Assembly: GCA_030141605.1 (NCBI GenBank)
Contig: JAQGDQ010000077.1
Coordinates: 310,001-374,000, forward strand
Origin: Tubiluchus corallicola
Taxonomy: Eukaryota; Animalia; Priapulida
Length of the DNA: 64,000 bases
Direction: 5' to 3'
The notes below the pieces were generated by a model. That model had not been told where the DNA came from, ran no database searches, and saw only the letters and a list, made by a program, of their open reading frames with translations. Position numbers and translations under genes: made by a program. Below are positions 1 through 13,464 of the stretch, piece after piece (position 1 is the first letter of the stretch; the number at the start of each line of letters is the position of its first letter).

Positions 1-839
1 AACTCGATTAAAATGTATGCGAAACTTTCATCTTTTTAATTTATTATTAATCGCCTTCTTCGAAAAAAACACAAAGCTAGGTCCCATCCCATTGCAAGTG
101 CGCTGAATTCAAGACAGATGGCACTACGTTCTCCTAATTTGATTTTAAACATGTGACAATGTATCACCGCAGTTGCTATTTGTATGTGAGACTGTCAGGT
201 ACAAAACTGATATTGATATAATACGCTTACTGCTTCCGCAAAAGATGGCATCATGATCTAAAAATTCAATTTATTAGATGCAAGAACAAAAAATATGATA
301 GCACTCCTTTACGTTCATTTTGAATAGGTAAAACTACTTAATACGCGCAGTTTATTTTTTATAAATTTTGCAATATTTTTCATCAAATTTCTCTACTGAG
401 GCTGGCGTCATGCATGTAAGTGGCCCCTTAAGCTTCTTACGCATGTAAAAATGTACACACTTTTGCACTTTAACTACAAGCGTCCCCATGTAATGAGGAT
501 AGGAAGCTTTGGTTTGCGTTTCTTGACATCGAATATCTTGAACTAACACGGTTATATTGATCAGTAGAAGACGGTATAACAGTTTAAACAATTGGACATT
601 AGTTGTAAGACTCTAATCTTCCCCAAGCCATGCGAGGAGCTGATATCAGAAAATCGAATGCTGATTGTACAGAAATAGGTTATATTATGTGAAAAGCACA
701 GATGAATCCGACTTAAAATAGATTACCATTGCACATTGCAATATGCACTATGGAAATTTAAAATTATTAGCCCAAAGCAACTAATATTGTGTTTTGATCA
801 ATAAGTGATTTCTGGAAGTCGCAAATCTATTTATGACTC

Positions 840-2290
840 TCAATTTCCATTTCACATATATAATTTATTAAATATTCAGCAGACTGCAGTTTTACAATTC
901 ATTATAATACATTACAAATACAATGCAATACATCACAATGCAAAAAACACTATGCAGACAGAACCCCGCACATGGGACGCACTAATAATAGTAACATTAG
1001 TAAACGGTATTTACAATAGTTAGATATTACAATTACATTATATTGTGTTATATTACAAAGTTTATTCCATTTTCAAAGTTTCAGTACACAACAAGTTATA
1101 GAACTGCATTTACAATTTTCAAAAAATTAATATTGTAGAGCAAATTGTATTCAAAATTCTGGTAAACTACATTTTAGGAGAAGCATTTTAATTATAATAT
1201 ACATTGGAAACTTTACCTTATTAACTAAAGCAATATGTAAACTAAATTTTGTAAATTTCGTTTTTTAAAACACTCAAAATTGTCATTTCAAATTTTTTGG
1301 TCCATAGGTAGATTAATAAATAAAAACACGGGAAAATTTTCGCAATAAAACTGGATAAATTTGTCCTTAGATCATGATAATTTTTACATTCAAGTACAAG
1401 ATTCATTTCGTCCTCAATTTTTCCTTCATTACCATGTTGACATATTTGATTCTTTCAGGTACCTTGGGTATTCTATGTCGGCCTAGTTGCATATACAAGT
1501 TGTGAGAACTGATGCGCAATTTAGTAAAGTTCGATCTTAGTCCATGATTATGTATAAAAAGAAGATACTTTTCGGTTTCAAATTCTTAATTAAATTTTGT
1601 ATAAGTTCTTAGTTTATTAGTTTCCCCTGTTTTGCCCGTTTCTTTTGTAACACATTCCTTCCAGTAAATTTTATAATTTGTTTGTAGCCCCCCTTAAAGC
1701 AAATAAAAAAATTTGGTTTGATCGACACTTTGCTGTTCCTAAACACGTGAAAAGCCCAAATGACGTGAAATGTTTCTTACGAATTGTAACCAGCATCCCG
1801 TATTTTGGTTAAGGAGATTTTTATTTTCTTCGTATGTTTGGTATGTCAATGTATTTTGTGGAGAGTTCAGTATTTTAAACCAGTATTTTATTGTCCTAAT
1901 TATAACGTCTACGTATAGAGCGAAATGACCCAGCTCTCCCCTGACCGCATGATTAACGGAAAATTTATTGACGCTAAGAACGAACTTACATAACTTTACA
2001 TTAAGTGATTCCAGGGGTATCATCGTACATATTTCAATTCAAACTTTATTATTTTTCGATATTTTCCTACTATTAAAGGAAAAAAGAGACCAACACTCTG
2101 AACTATATAATGCGATTGGTTTTATATTAAACCGTCAAATAAATGCGTTATAATTTTATAGCTCATGTCCCCCGGAATTTTTACGTGAATTTGAAAAAAC
2201 TCTTCTTGCCCTTTTGCACAGTTCTTCTTTTGCCTTGGTAAGGAACTCGCTTGCATTAAAGTTTATCCTTAAGTAAATATAATTTTGAAG
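840..2290 (-). mobile_element. Degenerate, 5'-truncated non-LTR retrotransposon (LINE; CR1/L2/RTE-X-like 3' end of ORF2 plus 3' UTR)
   Basis: Minus-strand translation gives interrupted post-RT motifs: YIYLRINF..KAKEELCKRARR, CKFVLSVNK..NHAVRGELG..YWFKIL, KLRTY..FETEKYL, FTKLRISSHNL..LGRH and IEDE..LVLEC..YHDLR. Stops and frameshifts are present. AATAAA and a short GAAAT(G/T)G tail lie near 840-870. Confidence 0.8.
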
Positions 2291-5200
2291 CCTACAAGCG
2301 GACGCTTGGCAAAATTCCTCTAAGGAAAATTCCATGCGGCATTCCTCACGAAAATGAAACACATTACTTTCTAGGACGCATTTCAAGCAAAAGTGTGTCG
2401 AGAACTTTCCTGAAGATTTTTCTCATGAGGAATTCTGCCGCCAAGTAATAGCTAGTTTGCGTCTTGGTTGAAATGAGACAAGTTCCATTTTTGTGAGTAT
2501 TCCTTGAGAAATTTACATTAAAATTTAAATTCTTAACTGTTTCTTATTTGATTATCGAACAACAATTATTTTTTACAAATCTTTTATTATAAATGATTTT
2601 TTCGTTTTATTAAGTTTACAATGTTGGTTATATCCGTGAAAACGAATAAATAACACATCAATATAATTATTATTCATTTATGTTCACAAACTACAAAGTG
2701 GTTAGTGGTTACAATAAAAGTGAACAGGTTTTCTAAAAAGTAAACATATTAGTTAGAATTTGGGTAAATTGCAATATTCAAAGGAAATGAATGGTGGAGT
2801 TAGCTGGACGTACGTTAGAAGCCGCCCGGTTTCTGAGTGAAATGTACTTTCTTTCTCTAAGGATTATCGCGAGAAATTATTTCTCTGAAAATATTTTGAT
2901 TCTCTGACAACAGTTTTTTGTTAATTTTCTTTGCGCCTTGGGTGTAAAATGGGCCTAAGAATATTATACTTTTTCATTTCTTATTAACTATTAGGAGTTA
3001 ATAAATTTACAGCACGATAATTTTCATACTCTCCGAGTGATAATACAGCAATATCCGTTCTGCAATTTTATTACTGTTGGAAGGCAACAAAAAAACTTGT
3101 GTAAAAATGCAAAGCACGCTTAATGTGGGTGGAGTTTTATTTCCCAATCTCACTTTGAAAAAACGTCACATTCGCAGTCTGCACTTCGGACTAATACGTT
3201 CTTATAATTTATCAGTAAGCAGGCAAGTAAGACGAATGAGCCAATTTAAGAAAGAATGAAATTACAAACACACGAATGTCAGACTAATGAACAAGCAAGC
3301 GAGTGAACAAACGAGCGAACGAACGAACGAACATACAAGCAAACAAACAAACAAACATGCGGATACACAAACAAACAGACAAATAGACAGACAAACCAAT
3401 AGACAAACTAAACAGATAAACTAAAAGTACTAGGTCTGCACAGGTAGTTAGCTAAGGTTTCCAAGCTAATATTTAATTACCAGAAACATTTTGACATTTT
3501 TGTTGGCGATAAAATGTATATTGTTTATCATACTTCAAAACTCCGAAATGGGATAAGAATTGAAAAATTATCCTCTTTTGCTTTAAAGTTATAGTAACAT
3601 TTTTATCATTGTTACTTAAGGTACCTTTATGTAAACGTTGGCAGTCGCAAGTCGTTGTATTTGTTACACAAATATGAATGATAAATAGGCAAACAGCCAT
3701 ATGCAGTAAAAGTGGATTTTGTATCGTATTTTTTGCTCTTAGGCAGACACAAACTAGAATTCTGTGCTCAGCTGGGGACCTACTTTAATGCTGATGTGTG
3801 TAGCGAGACCGGATTCTTGATGATCAGTAATAATCTCCTGAGATAAGACACTCAGCCGGTAGAGGCGTCTTAGCTACATCTGAATGTTAATAGGTCCTCC
3901 TAAAACGAAAAACAGCCAAGTCATTATAGCGAGTGAAACAGCCTGGGATGAGTATTGCACCAAAGATGTCATGAAACAAGCCTCTGACTGACTAGCAACG
4001 TCGTTGTTTAACCTCAACACGCTGTGAACACCCGGCCATTCATCTCGCCTCAGTGTACTTGCTTCGTGTTGTAAAGTAAAAAATATAAAAGGGTAGACAA
4101 TGATCCACATCATGATGACTTGTGTTCTTCTTTTAAGCGTCATTTAGTCGGGAATTGTAACAAAATTAATGGGAGGAAGCATTTTGGCAAGAGACAGGAA
4201 ATTATTTTCATAATTAATCATTCAGCGATTGTATTCAACTTTCGTAAACTGCCGTGAAGCTATCCTGGTAAACGCGACTGTTTTCCAGAATGTGAGAGGA
4301 TCCAGAAAATCGATTAATAAAATGCTGTTGAGATTGAAATATGAGATTATGAAAATGGATCGGGTTATTATGAGACACAGGAAGTAGTCGTATGACAGTA
4401 GAATGACGCAATTACAATATGGGAGTTATAATTATGATCTCATTTGACTTCTAGTGCTTTATTATTATACGCTGTCAATGGATTGTTTGAGACAAGTTCC
4501 AAGACATTCTTGACTGCATCAACCGACTGACGACCAGCAGCCATAGCTTTCAAATACCAGCGACTCCAGCGATTAGCTGTCAACGACTGGCGTCTGCGTG
4601 CACCACATGTTTTTGAATCATTAGAAAGCAATAACAATATGATAAAACAAAAAAGAAAGTAATACCTATATTTTTCTTTAAATCTCCAGTCAACGAAACA
4701 GTTTTGTTTGATTAATTTATTTATTTACTACTCATTTTCTCATCACAAAGGAAGAAGACAGTTTTTGTACTTGTCGCTTTACATGCTCGTAATGAGTGTT
4801 TACTATTTTCCTCGTCTGGATTTCTTTTGCTACCTCGTCTGAACGCTAATGATTAGCTTTGTTTCTTACTGATATGTTAAATTAAGACTGTGAACATATG
4901 AATGGAAATTTTTAACTAATTTTTGCAAAACAATTTTAGGACATATGATCGAACTGTCAATACTTAATAGTGAAAAGAGGCAGTTTTCAGTCCATCTTGC
5001 GGAAAATGTACGAAGGTGGATGAAAATCTTTCTACTACCGCTAAGCGCGGTCGCTAGTGTACGAGAGAGAATTTTTTTAGCTATACAGAAGAAAATCTGT
5101 CTGTGTGTCTGTCATGTATTATTTATGCACGCCCACCTGCTGCAGCGTAAAGCCAAATATGGTTTATCATGAGAACTAATATAACCACGGGAGAACTTCA

Positions 5201-6335
5201 CGTTAAAGTCACCGTCGCCGCCCGCCTCCAACATGGCTGCCAGCATGGTACTTATATCACATTATATTACAGGGTCACACAAAAAGTAACTTCTTCTTAA
5301 ATATACTATAGAACCGATATTTATCTATTTATCAAATTTGTACACACATTTAAAAGAATAAAGTAGAAGCATTATAGAACTTGCTCACCAATTTTTGCTA
5401 AGAAAGTCCAAAAATTAAGCTTTTTATGCTTGATATTATCATTAACCCATTGATATAAATAAAAGAACAAATGTTAGCATGATTGTATTGCCTTTATGAA
5501 CTATTTTTTTTCATTTTATTCATTTATTCATTTATTTCATTACTTTATTTTTCAGATTTCCAAAATCTTTTCTATTCACAAGTGTCTTAGTCTCGTCAGT
5601 TTTCCTGATGAACGCTTGACCATTTCTTATTGGGAAACTCTCTCATCAGTCTTTTTGCGCCAAATCCATATCACTGTTGTAGTGTTTAATAATTATTTTG
5701 TCTTCTTTTGTAAGCGGCATAGGTTTATATTTCAAAATTTAGAAATTTCATATACAGTGATAAAATCAAATAAAATAAATGAGACTACGAATAAAATAAA
5801 ATCAATACATCCATAAACACAATACAATTTTACTAATATATATAGTTGTGGATACACCCAGTATAAAACATCCAAAAGACATTGCTAAATTAATTAATTC
5901 AGTATAAAAGTGATTCCAAGCAACAAGAAATAATTAACAAGCGTAAATAGTAAGTTACAGCAGTTTAAATAAAAATATTTTATGTCAAAAAATATTATGC
6001 CAAAAATCGCCTAGTCCATATCTAATTTATAGCAAAAATAGTAGATAGATAGATAGATATATAGATAGATCGTAGATTCTTGCATTAATTTACACGAGAA
6101 AGATAATAGAATTTAAATTAGCAAAGGTTACAAATTGGTGACTAAAGTGGCATCCTGGATAACAAAACAAAAACAGCAATGTTGCGTTCTTCAGAATTAA
6201 AAAGTCGTAGAGAAAAAGCTATGATACACTCGTGAATGTATCTGTAATGCAATAAATTTAAAAAAGTTAAACTAAAAATATTTCGAAAACGTTCACAATG
6301 GGGGAGGGGCGTCAGCATTCACGCTAGTTTTCTCA

Positions 6336-6393
<58 letters not shown>

Positions 6394-7589
6394 TTATTTC
6401 GCAAATTATTATTTACTAATTATTATTATTTATTATTATTTGCAGTACATAATACAGAGGTAAACGGATATATATATAGATAATTAGTAACGGTAGAAAT
6501 ATAAACAAAAGAATATTACACTATATACAATTTTGAATTAGTTAGTTAGTAAATACAAAAGCATCTCATTCAGTTCTTTGCTAGTGAAACCAGAAGAGAA
6601 AAGAAAAACGAAAAAGAAAAGAGGGAGAGGGTACCGGAAAGGTTGAGAAGAGAGACAATAAAATGTAAAGACAGAGTAGGAGAGACAGAGTGAGTGAGTG
6701 AGATGATATTGATGACATAATTTCTGTACTGATGACAGAAAGAGAGAGAATGAGTGAGTGAGTGAGTGAGTGTGAGAGAAAGTATGTGTGTGAGAGACCG
6801 AGGTGGTAAGAAACATACGTTTTTGTTCGAGTAGACCTGTCTGCATAATATCAGATTCTTACCACGTGTTAATGACAGGAACTGCTGGAAAGACTGTGCT
6901 TAAGCAGCCGATCCGTCTCAACGTTTTCGCTGGCAAATATACTAATAACAGGCTGATCAGTAACCATAACAGATTGGCGAGCGAAGACTGCCTTACTTTA
7001 TCCAGCCTACTACAGCGCGAACGCAGGTTCTCATTTTACATAATGTAGCATATAATGCCTACTAGTAAAGTCTTTGTCTTTCTGTTAGCTCATTTAACAG
7101 AAAAAAATACTGAAAAATGAGCAAACGAATATTACATGATTTCACACGATTGCTTTTTAGAAACTTGAAAAATAGTGATTACAGATATTGTTGCTACTGT
7201 TGCTGCTCATGCTTTTGCTACTGCTGGCAGTGCTATTGATTGCTATTATTGCTATAGTTGCTATTTATTTTAATCCAATGATGTTAATAAGAAGAACGAC
7301 GATAACAACGACGATTGTGATGATGATGAGGGTCACGATGCTAAAGAAATTCAACATCAGTGTTTGTTAAGCAAACGAAAAAATTCCCAGAAAACTTTGC
7401 TTCCTCTTTAGTTTCTTGCTAACTATACCATAACCTACAGCCTATAGAATCTCGGTACACAGTGATCAGCCATAATAATGTGTACAGGCATTATTCAGCA
7501 TTAACATCGTCCTCACAGCTTTACAGAGTCCCGTCATGTGGCAATAACTTATTATCGTAATATTCAGAGCGAGGCTTTTCATTAACCCG

Positions 7590-7601
7590 TGCGCATGCGC
7601 A
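7590..7601. promoter_or_regulatory. Perfect NRF1-type palindrome TGCGCATGCGCA in a CpG-enriched patch upstream of the CCK-type receptor
   Basis: Exact 12-nt palindrome about 830 nt before the ATG, with a CRE-like GACGTCA near 7730. Function is inferred only. Confidence 0.4.
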
Positions 7602-8434
7602 AACAGACCGAAATTTGGCTTCCAGCTATAACGCTTTAAAGTATTGGCGATGTTTTTGACTAGTCGGCGATAAAAATTTTCAGCGAACGCGATATGGAAA
7701 ATCCGTGATTTATGTGTGTTAATTAAAGCGACGTCATGTTGTTCTACACAATAAGAATAAAATGAATAATGATGACTCAACTGAAAGAAAAACGTTTTTG
7801 TGAAGATAATGTTTCTTTCCTTCTAAGTATGTAAAGTATTTTACGGTGGTATCGCTCTGTCCGGTTTAGAAACATTATTATTATATTTATTATATATATT
7901 ATTATTATTATTATTATTATTGTTGTTGTTGTTAGAAAGCTATTTCATAGTTCTGTTTTTGGAGACTAAAGGCGTTATTGACTATAGTCTTTCAGGGAAA
8001 TGTCGCGAAACACTTTACGATACTTTTTGATTTTCACAGGTGTTATAGGCAAGCGGTCGTTGATCAGAAAAGAAGCCAGATTTTTCCTCGAACTCGATCT
8101 TTATTGGGATTTTTACCTTTTGCTTCAATGCCGTTAATCACGCAAATTCGAAACAATTCCCAGGTCGTTGAAATCCAGTACACTAAAAAACGCGAAAGGG
8201 CCGGTATTTCAAACCACTACTTAATATGAGATAATCGTGTTATTACACTTTCACGTCTAATGAATAGTTAACGATAAACCTTTTGTTATTATAATAAATT
8301 ATGTTTGGTACTGATCAGTGAATAAGATTTCTCGCTTAGTAAATACTTAACAATTTTTTTATGACCAGTGTTTTCAAAAACCATCGCCTTGATTGCTGTG
8401 TTGTGAGTCTATTAAATGGTTTTAGCTGTCTGCA

Positions 8435-8783
8435 ATGGAGATAGAAAATGTAACAGACTTTTATGACAGAAATGGAACTGATCCATATGTTCTGCACAAT
8501 AGAACGTTTGCGTACGAACCACGACCATTCACGGACATGGATATCGTTCGAATTATCCTGTACGCCATCATCTTCATTCTGTCTGTTTGCGGAAACACGC
8601 TAGTCATTCTCACGCTGGTCCAAAACAAGCGGATGAGGACGGTGACCAACGTCTTCTTGTTGAATTTGACCATCAGTGATCTTCTGCTCTGTATATTTTG
8701 CATGCCCATAACTCTGGTTGGAGCCTTACTACAGAACTGGATATTCCGAGCAGCTATGTGTACTCTCATTATGTACTTCCAAG
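8435..8783 (+). CDS. CCKAR: CCK-type receptor coding exon 1 (N-terminus, TM1 to start of TM3)
   Basis: ATG at 8435 follows an acceptor-like TTTAG (8421-8425). N-glycosylation sequons NVT, NGT, NRT. Donor CAAG|GTATGA at 8783/8784. Confidence 0.92.
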
Positions 8784-11700
8784 GTATGAAAGTGTGACTG
8801 TTATATGTTTTTTTCCGAGTGGGCTGCAGTCTCACATGACGTTCCTCTTCCTCATTTCTTAACAATCTATTTCTACATATTTCCAATACGGGAAAACCAG
8901 AAGAAATAAATATACCTGGAAAATTACAAGAAAAGTCGTTCAGTTTAGAATTAAGAACACTTATTTTACAATCTAGTAGCCATAAATAAAAAATAATTTA
9001 ATATATTAAATGCTAAAAAAGACACTTATACCTGCTTTTAAGTCTATGGGGATCTATCTTTTCTGACATGCACCGCTGTATTCCATCACCTAAAAATATG
9101 CCAGTTGGCTTATTTTGTTTTGAACTCATTTTGCTGTCAGACAAAGCATCAACGAGCATGCTCAACAATAGCAAATGACTAAGTAATGAATTAGCATATA
9201 AACTGGCTGGAAGATGAACGAATGGATGCAAGAGTAGCAAAAACAAGCAAAAACAATGATCTAACAAACAGGCAAACAAACAACATGCAAATAACGATTA
9301 CGCAGTTGTATTTATTTTTTTCAATGCCAAACTTCATTTTAGCGATAGTGCTACAATGAAAACTGTAATTTACATTTAAAAAACGTGGTTTAAACGTTAC
9401 ACAAAAGCATGCTATACTTATTTATACGTAATTAAATAATTACGTTGATGTGAATCATCATTGGTTATTTACTTTGCTAATTGATTTTTCCTTTTATGAT
9501 ACACTGAAATGCACCAGAGTTGATGAGAAAAATTTATCACTTCTAGTGACGAGTGGGTAAAATTAATAATAGTCTGTAAACAAAGCTATTGTGGGTTTGT
9601 TCAATACGGAAAACTTGTTAACCAGGTAACTGCTGGTACGGGCTGCCGCTCGATGTCACACAGCACACGAGAAATTTATTGTGAAAAAACTTAAATTATT
9701 TTGTTACGTTCACCATCAAATTTTAATTCAGTAAGAAGGCGTGGTGCTGTTCTCATATCTGCGGGCAGAAATTTAATGAAATTTCATTCCAACGGTTAAA
9801 ATTTTGAAATAGGCTTACATGCAGTTAAGCAAATTTATTACTGTTAGTTGGTAACGAACGGATCGTGAATAATTTGAAAGTTGAGGATCTAGTTCACTTA
9901 CACATCTAATGACAGCTCATTTGAGTCCACTATTTTGACACTCGCCAAAAAGCACTTTTCACTTGTTTACTTCCATTTTTTATATACACGTATATACTTT
10001 CCATTAAAATGTTGCGTATTTAAGAATGTATGGTACTTCGTCAGTGCACAAATTGCCAGTGATACAGTTCGCTTGTGGTACATTTCGCCGATGGTGCATT
10101 TCGACAGTGATACAACTTGCCAGTAGTAGAGTTCTCCACTGGTTATACTATTATCTTTTTCCTTTAACAAAATGTTTTAGTTTGTTTATGGTACAGTTCG
10201 CTAGTACAAATAAGAAAGAAAATGCATACCCGGTAGTGAATTAACCAGCAAGCAGATACCGTGATCTTTAGACCATTTTTCAAAAAATTAGCGAAAGGGG
10301 TTAAAAACACAAAAAACAAAATGGCCGCCAAGTTTTTGTACAAATAACGTAAATTAAGAAACATTTTCAGAAAATTTGACATTAAGAAATCAATATGACA
10401 TCCATTCCGACGTAGTTCAGGATGAAGAACACATACTGTGCCACAGTGTGAAAAGTGAACATTTTAGAGAACTTTATAGCTATTTGCACTTTACTAATAT
10501 ACAGTCATTATACAATAGTTGGACCAACATAATCTGATGCATTATGATTATGAGCGTTTTAATATTTTCAAATAATCTTATTTTTGCTATAACAAGCCTA
10601 GCTTGCAATTCTTGAAATTATTTGTAACTGCTTTGAATGGACTGTCACCAGTCAATAAATTTACAACTACTACTACTAGTCGGGCCCGAGGTACCCATTT
10701 CTGTAATTTCCATTTCAAAATTGTCTGCCGTTTTCAAAATGGCTCCCACGCGATAACAAAATAATGCCGACCATGCAGCTACATTTACCGTTTCATCATA
10801 AGATTCATTATATAAACAAAAAACAAACATCTGGATCTTTTCGAATCCAGAAAGTTGCTACTAGCCTCAAAATAATGCAAACAGCACAATAAATAAAAAC
10901 CAAAATAGTCAATGAGATAATTGTCTAGCAGAATGGTGAAAAACTAGGTATTTTCGCTTAAGTTACAAAACTTTGTACAATGTTAAAACTTAATCAAGGT
11001 GACTAATTTTTGATATAAGACCAATCGAACATCATCCAATATGGCTGCCATTTTCAAAACTGTAAACAAGATCGATGACTGTAATTGCTAGTTTTTGAAG
11101 CCATGTAATGCCATATCCTAATTGTTGGCGCAGTTAATATGACAACTTTGTTGTCAAAATATAGGTTAGGTTTTCAATTTCAAGGAAACAATTTCTGATG
11201 CTCAGAAACACCTATGACATCACCTCAGTTAGGATTTCAAGATGGCTGCCAAAATACTTGTAGCCGCTTCAGTAATATATTCGCTACATTGCCAGACCTA
11301 AGGTAAATTGGACGATGGTATTAGTATCTATATGTAGGCTTTAACGGTCAAGGATTTAGGGTAGTACCAATATGACCAACATTTTCAAAATGGCCGAAAA
11401 GGTAGATGTTGCTAGCTTACAAAAACCATATCTTATACCATGTAAAAATGTGAATGTCATTGATTCTGAAAAAAAATCAGCTCTGCAAGCAATCCATGCC
11501 AATACCAGACCAGACTTCAGTTTTTACAGAAAGAGAAAAAGGTGTCTTGGCCCGCATAACAGATCTAGTTGCATTTTTAAGAAATACTACTAGAGCAATA
11601 ACTATTGACAGAACTGATGTCTGTGCTGCAACGTTTCGTTGTACTCCTGTACTACAAAGCTGGCACATTGACATCAGTTGGCAAAGCATGTAAAGGCTTA

Positions 11701-12123
11701 TTTCTTAGAAAGGAAAAGCTTTTTGGTGACAATTCCTCCAATATAAACCACACTGTTGTGGCACACCACAAGAGTGGTATATTAGGCTGGCACTGTTGGT
11801 CAAGATATAAAAATAACATTTTTATCTAACTGTGCTTGTGCTTACTTTTAAGTATAGCAGGACCAATCGGGGCTTTCATTTCCTGACATCCTGTGTATAC
11901 ATGTTCTGTTCTCCTTCACATGAAATCAAAGCAATAATGGTTTTTCTCGTTTGCTGTTCGAGATCGCTTACCGAATGTATTGTTCACAAATAAAACTTAC
12001 ATGGTCAAATTATTAAGACTGGCTATGTTAGGAAAAACGCCTCAAAAATTTATAGAAACACTTTTTCCAGAATTTGGGCGTAAGATTATTTTAAGCATAA
12101 TATATAGATGACACTCATCCTGT

Positions 12124-12183
<60 letters not shown>

Positions 12184-13414
12184 AAAATAACAACAACAAC
12201 GATAATAATAGTAATAATAATAATAATAATAATTTTAGAAGTTTCAGAAGCAAGCAGAGCGAACAGTAGGATTTACGAACTTACAAAAGAAAAACATTAA
12301 CGTTAAAATAGAAAAGCAACATGAAATGTATACTGGAGAATGGCGAACTGAAACATCTTTGTAAAAGAATAAAGTAGAGAAACTTTGCTGACGAAATGTA
12401 CTACTGGCGAAATGTCAACTGGCGATATGAGAGGATGCCTTTATTAACTATATTCAACAGTCAACGAACTTTTTAAGCTGTAATAAAGATTCATGGAATC
12501 CCCTTCCTTAAATTATCGTAATTTTGCTTTATTTAACGTCTGTATAAAATTTTAATTCAATTGTTTTTGAATTTTTTATTTTCGTTTTTAATCAGTACAG
12601 CAGTTATTACGAAACCAATTTCACACCGTGTTTAGGGGGTGTTTGAGAGCTGCCTATGTACGTTATTAGCGTCTCATATTTGTGTTACACCAATTATTGT
12701 TCCCAGTATTCGAGTAATTTGTCATTTGGGTATTCTTTGCTAATCAGTGTCTATAATGAGACACGATAAGTTACACAGGATACGGTCTGAAGCGCAATTA
12801 TTATTACGAAAGAAGCGCACACATGCGTTTGCTTATATTTCTCGAAAGACAGGAAAAAGTATTATAAAACTGCCAAGTCTTCAAATTGCCAAGTGAATTA
12901 TTCATTGGTTGCTTATCATGTTATCAACAGCGCGATGTTTTCCCCAAGTTTTGAAATACTGCAGGCCCAAATGCACCCGCTGTGCGACAGCTAATTAACA
13001 GACGCAGGGAAAATCTCAGGAATGTGGCAAATGTATATGCCGGCTTTTATAATAACTTTCAATAGTAGCGAGTAAATAAGATTTTGCAATAGCAAAATCT
13101 TCTTTTCTCGTTTAATAACTCGTTAGTAAATAATGGGTGGCTGTCGCGAAAATTGCCTCCATGTGGTTTCACCTCCCATTCTGGCTTCTGCGACATACTA
13201 CTAATACTTACTATCCGTAGCAGAGAGATACCACTTATACCTTAGTTTGCGGCGCCGCTGATAACTGTAATTATTAATGCGACATATTGTAACTATAAAT
13301 GATGTAACATTACGTAACGCAAATGCTAAACCACGCCAGCCAAAATATTAAAATACACTTTTCTATTATTTAGATAAATGCGGTAAAATTAATGTCCATC
13401 CCTTTCTCTCTGTG

Positions 13415-13464
<50 letters not shown>

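Noticed and set aside
8461-8886. 141-aa minus-strand ORF
   Set aside because: It is the antisense shadow of receptor exon 1 and has no independent motifs.
10240-11830. Clustered YY1-like AAAATGGC(G/T)GCC motifs (also 18420 and 30740-31060) as promoters
   Set aside because: They recur inside what look like decayed non-autonomous transposon sequences whose boundaries I could not define.
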